Of a stretch of 64,000 nucleotides of DNA, positions 53,098 to 64,000 are shown one piece after another. Source of the DNA: Dendrobates tinctorius (taxonomy: Eukaryota); contig NW_027361703.1 of the NCBI RefSeq assembly GCF_039654945.1, positions 53,072,001 through 53,136,000 of the forward strand, written 5' to 3'. Below the pieces are notes generated by a model, which was not told the DNA's origin, made no database searches, and saw only the letters and a list, made by a program, of their open reading frames with translations. Within the stretch, counting starts at the first letter, position 1, and every line of letters begins with the position of its first letter. The translations under genes were made by a program, and so were the position numbers.

Positions 53098-53965
53098 TAA
53101 GGATGAGTGAGTATAATCGTGGGTATTCAGTACTCGGCGAGTAATGAAGTACTCCCAGTACGCGAAACATAGTGAGTATTTGACTACTCACCTCGCACTA
53201 CTTGGATCTCCCGCCCAGCATTTGCCAATCACAATAATGCCACAGTCTTTTTGGTTGTGAGCGGCATTACTATGATTTGCTGGCCGCCCAGCGTCATACA
53301 CGGAGTCATAGGCTCTATCTAAGCCCTGCCGCCGCCATTTTCTCCACATTGCATGCAGAACACAGCTAGTGTAGCGAGAGTGTGAGCAGCTGCTATGGAG
53401 AGTTGTGTTTGTTTGTGCAAATCAACCAGAAATCTTCTGTAAAACCCAAAAGCTCTTTTCAGGGCTGAAAGTATAAGGTCAGGGACTGAGTAGTGACAGT
53501 TTTCCCAGCTATTTTTGGGGTCTCATTTACCCCTGCAGGGCAGTATTTTGCGCTGTTGCGATGCTGAGTTCACAGCGAACAGGACGCACGATACAGCACA
53601 ACTGACACGCAGCCAGAACCGCTGTCTTGTGTGGTGACTGGGGTGCGTAATCTTGCCTTAAACAACAGGACTTCAAATAGTGTTTGTACATTCTAGTGAA
53701 GCAGTGGTGTAAAATCACTCGTGCAGCCCCTTACCAGGTGCCCCCATGTTAGATACATTTGTTTACAGCATACTTTTTTTAACATTTACACATTTTTTTA
53801 GCCTTTTCCTCAGCCCCCAGACCGCTTTGTAGGGTCTAGCAGACAATTACTTGCATTTCCCATTGACTATCATTGGACTCGCTTCTCGTACCGAATACCC
53901 GAGTATTACAGAATAATCGGTACGAGTATAGCGAGTAAGAATACTTCAGGACTCGCTCATCCCTA
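53098..53965. mobile_element. hAT MITE
   Basis: Ends TAAGGATGAGTGAGT / ACTCGCTCATCCCTA; degraded 8-bp TSD GATCGCAT / CATCACAT. Confidence 0.7.
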
Positions 53966-54478
53966 CATCACATTTATCCGGCGATCTACACTGACCACTT
54001 ACTTTCGGGTTTCTCTGAGTGACATGATTCAGATAAAACCCCTGAGTGATCCATTCAGTATAATGAGGCAGCAGAAATACTCTGTACTCCATTTGGCCTG
54101 TGTTCAGTGGTGTCCTTTTCAGAAGTGCACAAAACTGTAGCCGATGGCACTCTTATGCAATCCTAAAAAGATGGACACCACTGGATCACTAGTCAGATGG
54201 AGTCAACAGTGCCTCCACTTTCCTCATTATAGGGAATTGTCTGCCAGAGGTTCGTTCTGAATCACATATTTCAGAGAATAACACGGAAACCCCAGTGTAA
54301 GAACTCAGCGCAAAGTGCAGGATAAATGTGCGTAGAGCCTTACTTCGATCTTTGGGAGGCAAAATGGAAAAAATCAACAGCAGGTGAAGAATTAGTTTTA
54401 TTTATTTTTTACACCATTCTTTTTGCAGTATAAGTGACTAGGTGACATTATTCTTCATTTCGGTGCGATTACAGCGGT

Positions 54479-54870
54479 GAAATAGCACAAGAAGAGGACT
54501 TAAAAATTCTCCAATAATACAAGAAAACAGCAAAAAAGCAGAGAGGTTTACCCATCCAGGCCTCCAGACAACTACAGTATCAGGATGCAGTGGACCCTTA
54601 TAATTAAGATGGCAACACAGGTGCAAGAATACCAATGAAACAACTGCTCACAGCCTACCAATACATGGAGGGGGCGATTGCTTGGTATATTAATGCACAA
54701 TAAAAACTTTTATGCGGCGCTGTTCACACTATGGCAATGCACAGTATCCAGGTTAACAGCCTAATAGTGACACCCTTATATTAGATCAGGCAGGCTGCCC
54801 AGCGCTATCAAAATACATGCCATGTGAACAGACACCGCAGTTTTCAAGACCAACCTCTCTGCTTTTTTGC
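54479..54870. mobile_element. Short Penelope-type insertion with a 15-bp TSD
   Basis: TGCGATTACAGCGGT at 54464-54478 and 54871-54885; inverted pair CAGCAAAAAAGCAGAGAGGTT / AACCTCTCTGCTTTTTTGCTG. Confidence 0.7.
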
Positions 54871-56410
54871 TGCGATTACAGCGGTACCAGATTTATATAA
54901 GGTTTTTATGTTTGGCTGCTGTCACACACTAAAAGCTTTTCCATCACTATTTTTTGAAAGCTATAATTTTTCTATATTTTGGCCCACAGAGTCATGTGAT
55001 GGCTTGTTTTGATGAGTTGACTCTTATTTGTGCCATTTTCAGGCACGCATTTTTTGATCGCTTTCTATTCCGATTTTTGGGAGGTAGAATGAACTAAAAA
55101 CAGCAATTTAAGAATATTTTTTGTGGGGAGGGGTGAATGCCATTACGTGTTTGGTAAAATTGGTAAGGCAGTTTTATTCTTCGGGTCAATACGATTACAG
55201 CGATACCACATTTATATAGTTTTTTATTTTTTGGCGTTTTTACACAGTAAAAACTATTTTATTGAAAAAATAATTTTTGCTTCAGCTTATTCTAAGAGCT
55301 ATAACTTTTTTATTTATCTGCTGATGGATTATATGATGGATTGTTTTTTGCGGGACAAGATAACATTTTCAGCGCTACCATGTTTGTTTATATTTGTGTT
55401 TTTGATCGCGTTTTCTTCCACTTTTTGTTCGGCGCTAAGATGAAAAAAAAATTTTTTGTCTTGTTTTTTATTTTTTAATGGTGTTCACAAAAGGGGTTAA
55501 CTAGTGGGACAGTTTTATAAGTCGGTTTGTTGCGGACACGGCGATACCAAATATATGCACTTTTATTGTTTAGATTTTTTCATACATATATTTACGGATA
55601 CGATATCTTGATTTTTTTATTATTATTTTTGATTTTTTTTTAAATATTTTTACAATTATTTAAAACATTTTTTAAAACTTTTTTTTACTTTGTCCCACTA
55701 TGTGACTATCATTTTTTTTCAAGCTGATTGCTTGTACAGCATGGGGATGCAACAGCATCCCTGTGCTGTGCAAACTGTCAGCTCTTCACTGACAGAGAAA
55801 GTTGTTGATCATGCACTTTGCTCCTGGAATGCTACGATCACATTAAATTGCATGACTTAGGGGGTTAAAGTACCAGGAGTTGTGCATGACCACTCCTGTC
55901 AGTGCTGGGTATCAGCTCTCAGAATCAGTGAGCAGCCTAGAAGATATAAGGAAGCCCCTCATTTTGGACTGAGTTTTTTCTAGTAGCATGAGGATCCATT
56001 ATCTGACATGGCCAAAGGAACCAAGAAACTAAGATTTGGACCTGTGATCCATCAGCACCTCCCTGTGGTCACATGCTACATAACACAGTAATTGCAACCT
56101 AGCTATACCCTATTCTTTTACTACACTCTTGACTGTATACCTGTATATTGTTCTGTAAATATATACCTGTATATTTCTAGTGCGCCTTTCAGCGATTAAA
56201 TATAAAATTAATCTTGGGCTGCTCTTTTATCTTGATACACGAATCCTCACGTCTGCACGCTCCATTGGTTATTATACGCTACCGGGGTTGGTTTCTGACC
56301 TGATATAAGCCTGCTGACGGATGGGGCTTATTACAAATGAGGAACTGGTGGAAGCAAACCATACTGTTTTAGTGAGGAACTCTGGCAGTGATGGCCGGGA
56401 GGTTTATATG

Positions 56411-56786
56411 CAGTGTGTCCGTAAAGTCATGGTGCACTTTTGACCAATCAATGGAAAGCAACAAATGATGATAGAAATGTGAAATTTGCTTCAAATAAAA
56501 GAAATACTCTCTCAGTTTCATACCTACTTGGTGCAGTTCGATGTGGGCTCCATTTGTTGCCCTACACACATCCAAACTTGTGGTTGCATGATGTCACATA
56601 CCTGGCAGTGTATTAATCAGAGTTCAGTTTATCAGGGGTTAATCTGACAGGGGGCTCAGCAACAGCTTAAATGAGTTTGTGTTGTTTGATAGGTTCTTGT
56701 TATCTCTCCCCATGAACAGGTCTGATATGATTGGGCCAAAGAAAATGTAAACTATAAAAGTGCACCATGACTTTACGGACACATGG
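56411..56786. mobile_element. Tc1/mariner-type MITE
   Basis: ~30-bp TIR TGTGTCCGTAAAGTCATGGTGCACTTTT and its reverse complement; TA at the right flank. Confidence 0.8.
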
Positions 56787-57859
56787 TATATATCCCCAGC
56801 CTGGACTGGTGATATATATCCCCTCTCACTGGGAGTGCCTCATCAACTCATACCCTTAAGGGAAGGCTTTTTCAGCGACTATTTGCCCCCGGTGCAGTTC
56901 CCTGACTGACTTGGGGCAAGTGGTGGAGCCGATCCCTGCTGGGTCCTTCTCTCCCCTCCACCTGGGGTGAGCGAAGTCTATACCCCCTTCCCCTGTGCGA
57001 TTCATCACATGTGGCTTCTTCGTCAATACAATATTGCTTCCACACTGTCACCCTTTATACACTTTTTGCACAGCATTTCTCACCCATGAACTGTGGCCAC
57101 CACAGCCATAAAACTTTTCTCCCTTATTAAGAGCAAAAATCCAGCATAGAAGCTGGTAAATAAAATGTCCAGTTTTATTAAAGAAATAAATCACATCATA
57201 AAAACATGGTAAGGGTGGTTCTGGTCACAGTGGATAAGTGCATCAAAAACACCCAAGCACCGCAAGGTGCATGCGGGAGGCAATACAATACATGTAATCG
57301 AATTAGTATAGAACCACATATCTTGCATAGTACAATAAACCATAGGCCCATTACAAGTGCCAGTATTTAAATGCACTAGGGTAACAAAATATAAGTAGAG
57401 TTACTAGGAGAAGACAAGCAAAAATAAACCACCAGAACAATATATTCAAATATAAAGAATCTTAGGCCTCTTTCACACATCAGGTTTTCGCCGTCAGGCG
57501 CGATCCGTCGCTTTTGACAGAAACCGGATCCGGCGAAATGCAATGCCGGATCCGGTTTCCCCCCCATTGACTTGCATTTGCTCCGGATCGCGCCGGATGG
57601 CCATGCGTTTCATCCGGTTTTCACCGGATCCGGCAATGTGTCGCAATGTGTCGCGATCCGGCGTCTGGAAAAAACGTCTACTGTAACGTTTTTTGTCTCC
57701 GGCGAAAAAGCCGGACACGCCGGATCCGGCGCGTCCGGCTTTTTCACACAATGAAAGCCTATGAGCGCCGCAATGCGCCGGATCCGGCGAAAGCCGGATC
57801 CGGTGGCCGGATCCGGTTTTTTTGGTCTGAGCATGCTCAGTAGCTCTGCCCACAGGAGA

Positions 57860-57868
57860 TATATAAAA
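57860..57868 (+). promoter_or_regulatory. TATA box of the MADF gene
   Basis: TATATAAAA about 40 bp upstream of the ATG at 57901. Confidence 0.55.
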
Positions 57869-57900
57869 GGAAGACAATGGGACCCTCAGCCACACCCAAC

Positions 57901-60616
57901 ATGCCACCCAAGACAGCAACCAGGCGCAGGAGAAGGCAGCAGACATCTGCAGCAGCAGCACCATCAGCAACACCCCAAATGGAGCAGCATGCTGAACGGG
58001 AGGGGAGTCCAGAAGCAGATGAGAGATGGTAATTATCAAATCCCCCATTCCTCCAAACTAGGGCCATGGAATATCAAGATATTCATTGGCCCTTTGTTTC
58101 TCTTTATTCAACAGCCGCCAAAGAGATGCAGCAGCAGCACCATCAGCACCACCCCAAATGGAGCAGCATGCTGAACGGGAGGGGAGTCCAGAAGCAGATG
58201 AGAGACGGTAATTATCAAATCCCCCATTCCTCCAAACTAGGGCCATGGAATATCAAGATATTCATTGGCCCTTTGTTTCTCTTTATTCAACAGCCGCCAA
58301 AGAGATGCAGCAGCAGCAGCAGCAGCAGAAATGGCATCACTGGCAGCAGCAATACCCACAGCCATGGAGTCTGGCCATCAACAGGACAGCACATCTTCTT
58401 CTGGGAGCCCTCCCTCGCATCGTCAGCGTTTGACGGTAAGTTTTTATTTCCAAAATCCATCATCTCTGTAATATATGTCTATTCATTGCCTTTTATTTCA
58501 AAACAGGAATCACAAGATGAAGAGGAGCTCCCAGAAGAAGAAGGAAGGGGTGGACAGACGCTTGGAGTGGGATCACAATTCGTAAGTTTTTTGCATCAAA
58601 CGCAGAAACACAACATCACACTACACACAACACATAGAAAACAATGTTCTGCAGACCACACACAGCAAACAAATGCCTACATCCAAACTCATAACATTTT
58701 TTGTTTTCTTCTCTAGTCTTCCCAATCTGGTGCTCGGCCAATAGGTCCTCGCAGTGCCTCCCAGGGTCGTCGGCGACAGCAACGCGGCGGTCACCAGCGT
58801 GTAAGTATAAATATTTTTGCTTTGTTTTTTTGCACTTTTTATTTCATTTCTTTTGTGGAGGCTAATTATGTTATTTTTGTCTTTTTCTTTCACAGCCTTC
58901 ACAGCGTGCTCCCGACTCTGACGGTGAGGATGGAGGGATTGATGTGGACCGCCTCATCGATCTCGTCAGAGAAAGGGAGCCGCTCTGGAATATGGCTGAC
59001 CGCTGCCACGCTGACCTGATCATTACCCGACGACTCTGGGAGGAAATCTGTTCTCTCCTTGTGGGCCGCTGGGAGGACCTCGAAGCTCGGGACCAGATTA
59101 AAGAGCGTAAGTATATACAGTAACGGTTGCTTGATGTAAACCAGTGTTTCCCGAACTCCAGTCCTCGTGGTCCCCACGGATCATGTGTTCAGGATTTCTA
59201 TTTACTATTGAAATCCTGAAAACATGACCCCTGGGGACCATGAGGACTGGAGTTTGTGAAACACTGATGTTGTATACTAACCACTCCTTTCTCATTTCAG
59301 GGAACAGAATTGTGAATCGGTGGCGGTCTGTGAGGGATCGTTTCAAGAAGGAGTTCAATAAAGAGATGCGGGCCCCGAGTGGATCTGGAGGACGCAGGAG
59401 CAAGTACAAGTACGCACAAGCCCTGTCGTTCCTCCGGGAAACAATGCTCACCAGAAGGTAAATATTACACACCACATGTGAAAAAGATGTAACTTTTTTT
59501 TTCAGCCAGGGCCATACCATGTCAGTATTTTAATTGTTTTTTTTCTCTTTATTCCACAGCACGGTGAGCAGCACTCGGGAGCCTGCACGATTGGACCCTT
59601 CTGAGGCGATCCCTGAGGAGACCGGCACCGAGGGACACTTCGACCGCCCCGGTACATCTGCACCTTCCCTGCCTTCCCACACATTCGACCCATCTGTCCC
59701 ATCCACCAGCACAGGAGCATCGTGGCCGCCTACATTACATGAAGCTGCTGGTGAGGAGATCGCTTTCCCTTTACCCCACCCTTCTGCCCCTGCCGCCTCT
59801 AGTACACCTGCGGGTACTGGGCGGCAGCGGCAGAGGGGTCAGGAAAAGAGTTATGCGCAAGAGTTATTGCATCTGAATGCATCTTTCCAGAACTGTCTCA
59901 AAGTCTTGTCAGAGCAAATCTCCGCAGGCTTTCAGCAGATCAACTCCAGCATTCTGGAGGTGAAGACACTTCTGCAAACCATGCATTCAGAAGCAAGATC
60001 TTCGCCAAACCACACCTTTTTCAGGTCTGTTGTGGAGCGCATGGAAACGCTCTCTCCTGCCCAGCAGATGCATGTAATGCATTCGTGCCACGGTGCTCTA
60101 CAGCAGGTTACCTCCCAACCTCCACCTCCCACCACTGTAGTTCCTCCACCTGCACCCCCTCCAGCCACTTTCCATCCTCCCCCTCCTATTACATCTGCAC
60201 CCCCTCCAGCCACTTTTCATCCTCCCCCTCCTACTACATACCAGCAACCTGCCCAGTACCAGCAACCTCACCAGTACCAGCAACCTCCCCAGTACCAGTC
60301 ATCTCCCCACTTCCAGCAACCTGCCCCGTACCAAACTCCTTCCCCGTACCAAACTCCTTCCCCGTACCAAACTCCTTCCCCATACAACTTTCCATCAACA
60401 TCATCTGCTCCTACAGTCCCTGCCCAACCCTCCACTCCACCACCCACCACCTCTTCTGCTTCACACATGTCCACCCATTCTGTAGTTTTTTCCACACCTT
60501 CACCTCTAACTGTTCCTTCCCCACCACGATCCCAGTCCTCTCTCCACACACCCAGTGTCGAAGTGTCCCGCAGCCCCTCCAGCAGTATTTCCACCCCACA
60601 ATACACAGAATTGTAA
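57901..60616 (+). CDS. Spliced MADF (Myb/SANT-like) DNA-binding protein, 8 exons, 648 aa: 57901-58028, 58115-58207, 58294-58435, 58507-58581, 58717-58800, 58896-59106, 59301-59457, 59560-60616
   Basis: All seven introns are GT-AG with pyrimidine tracts. The exons sum to 1947 nt = 649 codons with no internal stop. The MADF signature is LIDLVREREPLWN...RRLWEEI...RWRSVRDRFKKE...YAQALSFL. A BESS-like helical segment and a Pro/Gln/Ser-rich tail follow. AATAAA at 60629-60634. The first exons are less certain than exons 6-8. Confidence 0.85.
59142..59266. mobile_element. 125-bp hairpin hAT-like MITE in intron 6 of the MADF gene
   Basis: Ends CAGTGTTTCCCGAACTCCAGTCCTC / GAGGACTGGAGTTTGTGAAACACTG; almost entirely self-complementary; TSD degraded. 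Confidence 0.8.
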
Positions 60617-62669
60617 TGTGTGTTTTTTAATAAAAATGCCCATTGGGTTTAAAACCTTTATTAAAAAAGTTTTTTGCACTTTAAAAAATTTAAAAAAAAA
60701 AAAAAAAATTTTAAATAAAAGTTAAATTATCGTTTCACAATGGTTGTCTGTCTTTTCTTTCTGCGGCGAACTATGTTTAAAAAAAAGGTTAAATACAGGG
60801 TATTTCAAAGGTAAAAAGGTATTCAAAACCAGGTATATAACTGTGGGTAAATTTTAGCTTTTTGCCACAGTTGTGTTCCTGGTTGTGTTTGAAGCAAAGT
60901 ATTTCACCTAAAAAGTTGTGTTTATTGTTGGTGATTTCCTAACAATGTACACAACTTTTGTTAAAAGGTGAAATACTTTGCATAAAACACAACCAGGTAC
61001 ACACCTGTGGCCTAAAGCTAAAAATAGTAAGACCATGACAAGATAGCCAACTTTGGTTGGCAAAGGTATATACTGTTGGTCCAGAAGGTACACAAGTTTG
61101 GTTAGGGCACAAATCTTTCACACTCTGTCAACCTGCCAGTGTACTCTGCCTTGAGGGGCCACAAGGGTCAATTTTAAAAACCGGATCCGGCGTAATCCGT
61201 CGAAAAAACGGATAGAAAAACGGATGAACCGGATGAGACGGATCCGGTTTTGTCTGTCAAGAACAAGACGGATCCGGCAGAAAACCGGATCCGGCACATC
61301 AGGTTTTACAAAACATTTGCCGGATCCGGCATTCCGGCACGACGCCGGATCGCGCCTGACGCCGAAAACCTGATGTGTGAAAGTAGCCTAACCCTGATAA
61401 AAAGTAATGGACACCGTAGCACCTGCGACCACCCCAATGCGCTTTTCGGCATTGCTTTCGTCAGGTGCCATGCCAAAAGATGACAAGTGTGGAGTTTAAA
61501 AAGGGAGTAGTGACCAATGAACAGAGGGGGCGAAGGTAATATGTACAATAAAGAATACTGTTTGCGGCCGGCACCAGGAAATGAGGTCAGATCCAAAATA
61601 CCTTGCTGCGAGCGAAAACACCAAGCCGCATATACAATTGAGCAATTGAGTAAAAGAGCATTGCCCGCACATGGAGAAGCTGTCAGGATTATCTACTGTG
61701 CACGCGCAGGGAATTTCAAGACGGGCCGAATGTGATGCATGCGCTGACACACCCACCACCATGACCCACGATGTCCGTGTCATGTGGGGCGCGACGCCAA
61801 GGACAAAAGTGTCATTGGAAACTGGCCCACACAGGGAGACGCAGAAAGCCGAAAGACATAGACGGAGGGATGGTGTGAATGCATACCGGACCATACATGG
61901 TAAAACAGATCATAGGCTTTACAGCCGAAGCATAGATGGACATATCACAGCACAATGAGCCAAAAAAGTATAAAAGAGAAATATGACTTATATGGAACAG
62001 TATAAATGCTTCAATAAAATGCAAATGTCACATATAATGCATGGACAACAGATAGATATAACATGTGATACTAGGTTCAAAGACATATTGTACATAGTAA
62101 AAATAAGAACAGTGGAATTAATATATAAACAAGTGATTGCGCGCCCTTCGGGCGTGCGCTGGGATAATGAACCACGCAATAGGGTGTAACCACGCATCAG
62201 ACTGACCTCGCAATGGGGTGTAACCACGCACCAGACTGGCATTTGTGCAGACCAATAGCAAACATAAATACCTGGTGTACCTCTCCTGCCACTCCTACCT
62301 TGTGTATGAAAAAGCTCTATTGTTAATACTGTTCGAGTACAGTTATTCGATAGCGCTATCCATGAAGAATGTGCATGGGTAGAGCTATCCCATAGCTCTA
62401 TTCCTAAAGGAAATGAATGGGTAGAGCTATCCAATAGCGCTATCCCTCAATGTTCCTGAGTGTAAGTTATTTCACATGGTTGAGCGCACTTGGGATCTGC
62501 CCCCAAGGCCCTGCCCATGCCCAATGTTTGGTCCATAGACCGCAGCTAGGAGTTAGTCCCGCTTTTGTGTACAAATTTTTGGGCTTTTACAATTGTTAAA
62601 AATCTTACTAAAAGACTTCTTTGTACACACAGTTGACAGTACACCATTTGGCAATGTTAGGAATAAGTT

Positions 62670-64000
62670 TACCTTGCTTCTGGGTCTCAAATATTTTGAT
62701 CTTTATTTGTTGGCTGAACTGTTTGGTTTTCACGTGAACTCTGATGTGTTAGGCATCAGGTTCCTGCAACTGCACAGCAGGGATCCAGAGCCTCACATTC
62801 AGCGGTCTCCCATTCTCCATCGACCGCAGAGGAGTCTGCTCAGCAGTCCCGTCGTTCCCGATGCTCTGCTCAGACCAGATCTGTGGGTCTGGCTGTTGCT
62901 GCCACCTCTGGGTCAGCAATAGCAACGCAGGCTGCTCAGCAGCAAGCCACTCCAGAGGCTAAGTCCTTCCGTCGCTCCACTTAGCATGCTCACGAGACGA
63001 TCTCCCATTGGAGATCGGGAGTCACATGCACATGTCCTTCTCCAGATCTGATTGGTCCATCTCAGGGATCTGGAAGCTTCCAGAAGGTCCCGGCTATAAA
63101 AGATTCGCATGGCCGCTCGGCCATGCTCTAGTATAGACTCTAGTTGCTACCTGTGTGAATGATCACGGATGCATGGACTTGCAAATGACTCATTAAGATT
63201 CCCCTTCCTCTGATATTATTGTGTGGATAGGGAACTAGTGATAGAGTCAGTGCCAGTCAGTGGCAAGCTACAGGCCACAGTGAATATCATCCACGGTACT
63301 AGCTTCCGACAGTATGACTGCTACCGGGCATTGTCGTCTTGCGGCAGTGTCTATCGCCGCGCTGCAGTCAGCTGTACTTATTGGCATCCGCGGTTGTGAC
63401 GCCGCACGCACGGTAGGTCTAGAAGGACGCTGACCCTGTGTCTGGGGCCCAAGTCCTGTGACCATATACCGTGAGTGCATTCGGCTGAGATCTGTGAGTT
63501 CAACAGGCTCAGCATTTGTGTTTAACGCCTCGGCATCTCTGTGCATTAACAGAGTCCACCCAGTGCACACCGGGTGACGTTTAACCCGCGTGCACTATAC
63601 CGCCATATCGAGTGTCTGCGATTACATAGCAGCAGTGTAACACCTCTGCACGGTGGACCCCGGGCAGTGAGCGCACTTATTATTATTTATTATTTAGTGT
63701 GTTCCGCCATCCCTAACATGATGTCCCTATTAAATGGGGGTTCACCCAATGTATTTTGATAAATTATAGCTACTTCATTGCACCTTGGTGCATTGTAGCG
63801 TTTCTGGTCATCATTGTAGTCATTTATAATTGGCATTGTTATTTCGAGTGGATCATGATTTTCTAATCCAGCAATCCTCTCTTCCTCTCTTTCAAATTCC
63901 CTCATAATTGTGAAGGCTCTTGCTAGTGGGTTAATTGCTTTCATTTTCTCTCCAAGAGATGACAGCCGTGCTGGGAGGCACTTTTTATTTGCTTGATTTC
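62670..64000 (-). pseudogene. Helitron Rep/helicase N-terminal fragment, interrupted by a solo LTR
   Basis: The minus strand gives INPLARAF...DQKRYNAPRCNEVAIIYQNTLGEPPFNRDI, matching the RYNxP-xxEVA...RDI motif of Helitron RepHel. The frame continues RVHVK after the LTR is removed. Confidence 0.75.
62747..63718. mobile_element. Solo LTR
   Basis: TGTTAGG...CCTAACA ends; perfect 5-bp TSD TGATG; homologous to 8333-9292. Confidence 0.88.

Larger units (their letters stand above)
46020..55869. mobile_element. Old AT-rich non-autonomous DNA transposon (piggyBac/Kolobok-like) with ~390-bp diverged tandem units; host to several inserts
   Basis: Recurrent ACCCCATTTTGGAAA, AATTTCTCCTGA and CACAGAA(G/T)TTTAT blocks at ~46.0-46.4, 49.6-50.6 and 51.65-52.6 kb. 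It ends GGGGGTTAA at ~55869. Related sequence lies in the opposite orientation at ~36.7-37.45 kb. The left end was not found. Confidence 0.5.
57465..61388 (+). mobile_element. PIF/Harbinger-type element lacking transposase and carrying a MADF gene
   Basis: 43-bp TIRs GGC(CT/TA)CTTTCACACATCAGGTTTTCG(C/G)CGTCAGGCGCGATCCG; TTA and TAA flanks; subterminal CCGGATCCGG arrays. Confidence 0.92.

Noticed and set aside
59534-60616. 360-aa ORF as a stand-alone gene
   Set aside because: Its listed start lies in an intron pyrimidine tract; it is the last exon (from 59560) of the spliced MADF gene.
61496-61958. Overlapping ORFs after the Harbinger element
   Set aside because: No recognisable domain on either strand.

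Overview
Eukaryotic DNA, most likely a repeat-rich vertebrate genome; the repeat repertoire looks amphibian (frog-like), which is inference. I found no host protein-coding gene, rRNA or CRISPR array. The window is almost entirely transposable elements and tandem repeats. (1) About 1.7-25.2 kb is one deeply nested stack. A Kolobok/T2-like MITE contains a Penelope-like element (15-bp TSD, inverted ends) whose ORF can be rejoined in frame across four later insertions. The inserts include solo LTRs, pogo/Tc2-like MITEs, a DD37E (TRT-type) Tc1, a DD34E Tc1, a decayed L1 and hAT foldback elements. (2) Three copies of a hAT-ended foldback element have arms that evolve in concert. (3) A 3.7-kb 7-bp satellite is followed by three tRNA-like Pol III promoter units. 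(4) A 5.9-kb hAT MITE is swollen by mini- and microsatellites and holds a Tc1 that is one base from intact. (5) There are DIRS, CR1 and Helitron fragments. (6) The most notable feature is a 3.9-kb PIF/Harbinger-type element with no transposase that carries an apparently intact 8-exon, 648-aa MADF (Myb/SANT-like) gene, which the ORF track shows only in pieces. All coordinates were read by eye and no database searches were run.
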